A stretch of DNA of 64,000 nucleotides from the human T2T-CHM13v2.0 reference genome, Homo sapiens. The stretch lies in the NCBI RefSeq assembly GCF_009914755.1, contig NC_060937.1; one strand, 5' to 3'. This document shows, one piece after another, positions 62,409-64,000 of this stretch. Under the pieces are notes generated by a model. It was not told the DNA's origin and did no database searches. It saw only the letters and a program-made list of their open reading frames with translations. The position numbers and the translations under genes were made by a program. Each line of letters opens with the position of its first letter. Position 1 is the stretch's first letter.

Positions 62409-64000
62409 TATTTCAAGCTTCATCTCTCAAAATCCTCTCCACATTTCAACCACATTGAGTCCATTTGCTTTTTCCTGAAACATATATACATTGTTACACC
62501 CTGTGACTTTCATGGTGCCCTTTATTCAACAGGGAATGTCTGTCTTCCCCTTTCATTCTCAGACTATTGATCCTCATTCATCCTTTATTGTCAGCTCCAA
62601 ATCCACCTCCAGCACGACGTTTTCCCTACTCATCCACAACATAATCAAGTGTTTCTGTTTCAGCTAGCAAATAGCTGCCCACTAACTTTTCAAAGAGAGT
62701 GTATGCAAGTGAATTTTTTTTATTTTTAAAAAACTTCATGGTTTTTACATTTATACAACACCCAAAATTATTCTTTTTCATCAGGCTACCACTTCTGTGG
62801 TCACTATCTGCTGGAATGGTTCCTTTCCTGAAATTTAGCCATAAGGTAAATCGATTGTCCTAAAACAGCAAGAAACCCCATGCTAGCTGATTGAAAATAC
62901 CAGGATCTAGCAGACAGCTCAGCAGGAAAGCATTTTGGTTCCTCTCCAGTCCTATCCTTGATTGGCTTTGCACCCATAGAAACAGGTCCCATAAGCATCC
63001 TAAGGGACATTAGATCACTGTCTCTGTGACTCTGCCTAGCCACCTGGGAAAGGAGAAAGCCTTCTAGAGAAGTCTGCAAAGCCATGGCTAGGGGGTAGAG
63101 TTGATGGATGACAACCAGCTAAGCTGACCTAGCAACACACTTTCTACTTCTCCAGGACGGTTTTCCCATGCTATCATATATGACCCAATTAGGTCTGTGC
63201 TTTTGCTCAAATTATTTGCTTCTGAATGTATTTAGAAAAGTATAATGTTCATTTGCTTTTGCTTCTATCAGTAAAGAATACTTACTCATTTAGAGCTCTA
63301 TTTGGTTGGTGCTGATCATATTTGATAACATTCACAGAATAACTTGTTTATATTCATTTTCTCATTTCTTCCAACCCATAATAACTCCTTGGGGAGGGAC
63401 AACATCTGCTCCTTTGAGATGAATAGCTTCAGCCTTCTGGATGGTTTCTCCAGGCTTCAGACTCCAGGGAGATCAGCACTCCCCAGTTCTTTTGAATTCC
63501 CCAGATTTCTGCACAGAAGTTTATGGAAAACAGAATTGTAATGCTGAGGTGTTAGCTATCAGAAACCTGTGAAAGAGAAAAAAAATGAGCCTAAGAGAAG
63601 ATATTGAAAAAGAAAAAGAAACAAGGAAGATTTACAAAAGATTTCAAAGACCTTTAAAATCAATAGTAAATTACCTCCTCAGGGATTAAAAATTCTATAA
63701 TGAATATTAAATTTCTTCTGCTTCCAAGTATTTAGTGTCTTTACTGTTAAAATATTAATATTTTGCTTTCCTAGAATGAGATTAACTTTTAAATTCCAGG
63801 CATTTAGATTTAGAATTCAATACACAGCTTATTAAAGTGTGGGAAGTGTTAATATAATTCTCTAATGTTCTTATAACTATGTCCCAAAGCCCTAGAGCAC
63901 ATATGCTATATGGGCCAATTAATATCCAAATTTCATAATGTATGTCATCACCATAGGCAATTAGAATTTAAAAAAAAATGATTCCCTTTCTGATGCTAAC

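Overview
This is human (or very closely related hominid) genomic DNA, not prokaryotic. Positions 623-~26,640 hold the 3' part of RXFP2 (LGR8/GREAT, the INSL3 receptor) on the + strand. It comprises seven 72-nt leucine-rich-repeat exons, three exons encoding the hinge and TM1-6, and a terminal exon with TM7, the C-tail and a ~1 kb 3'UTR. All exons have GT-AG boundaries and splice into one open frame; exon numbers 8-18 come from my recollection of the gene structure. The remaining ~37 kb is intergenic and repeat-rich: many Alus, a full-length MST MaLR provirus, nested old L1s, a young L1PA2-like 3' end, MER41A and other LTRs, and Tigger/MER DNA transposons. Nearly all non-exon ORFs in the supplied track are repeat-derived or random. 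I found no convincing new multi-gene system. The most unusual local signals are: (1) an A12 tract in place of the polypyrimidine tract at the exon-13 acceptor; (2) an A10 run in the C-tail whose -1 frame stays open for 95 codons, with a weak hairpin 6 nt downstream; (3) an AluYb8-like element lacking the Yb 7-bp duplication; (4) a tailless 5S rRNA retrocopy with direct repeats; (5) a 48-bp copy of a nearby MST internal segment inserted into an L2; (6) an L1 whose endonuclease region is joined directly to its 3' end; (7) an ETS/GC-box/TATA cluster in unique intergenic DNA. Repeat subfamily names come from remembered consensus sequences and their boundaries are approximate.
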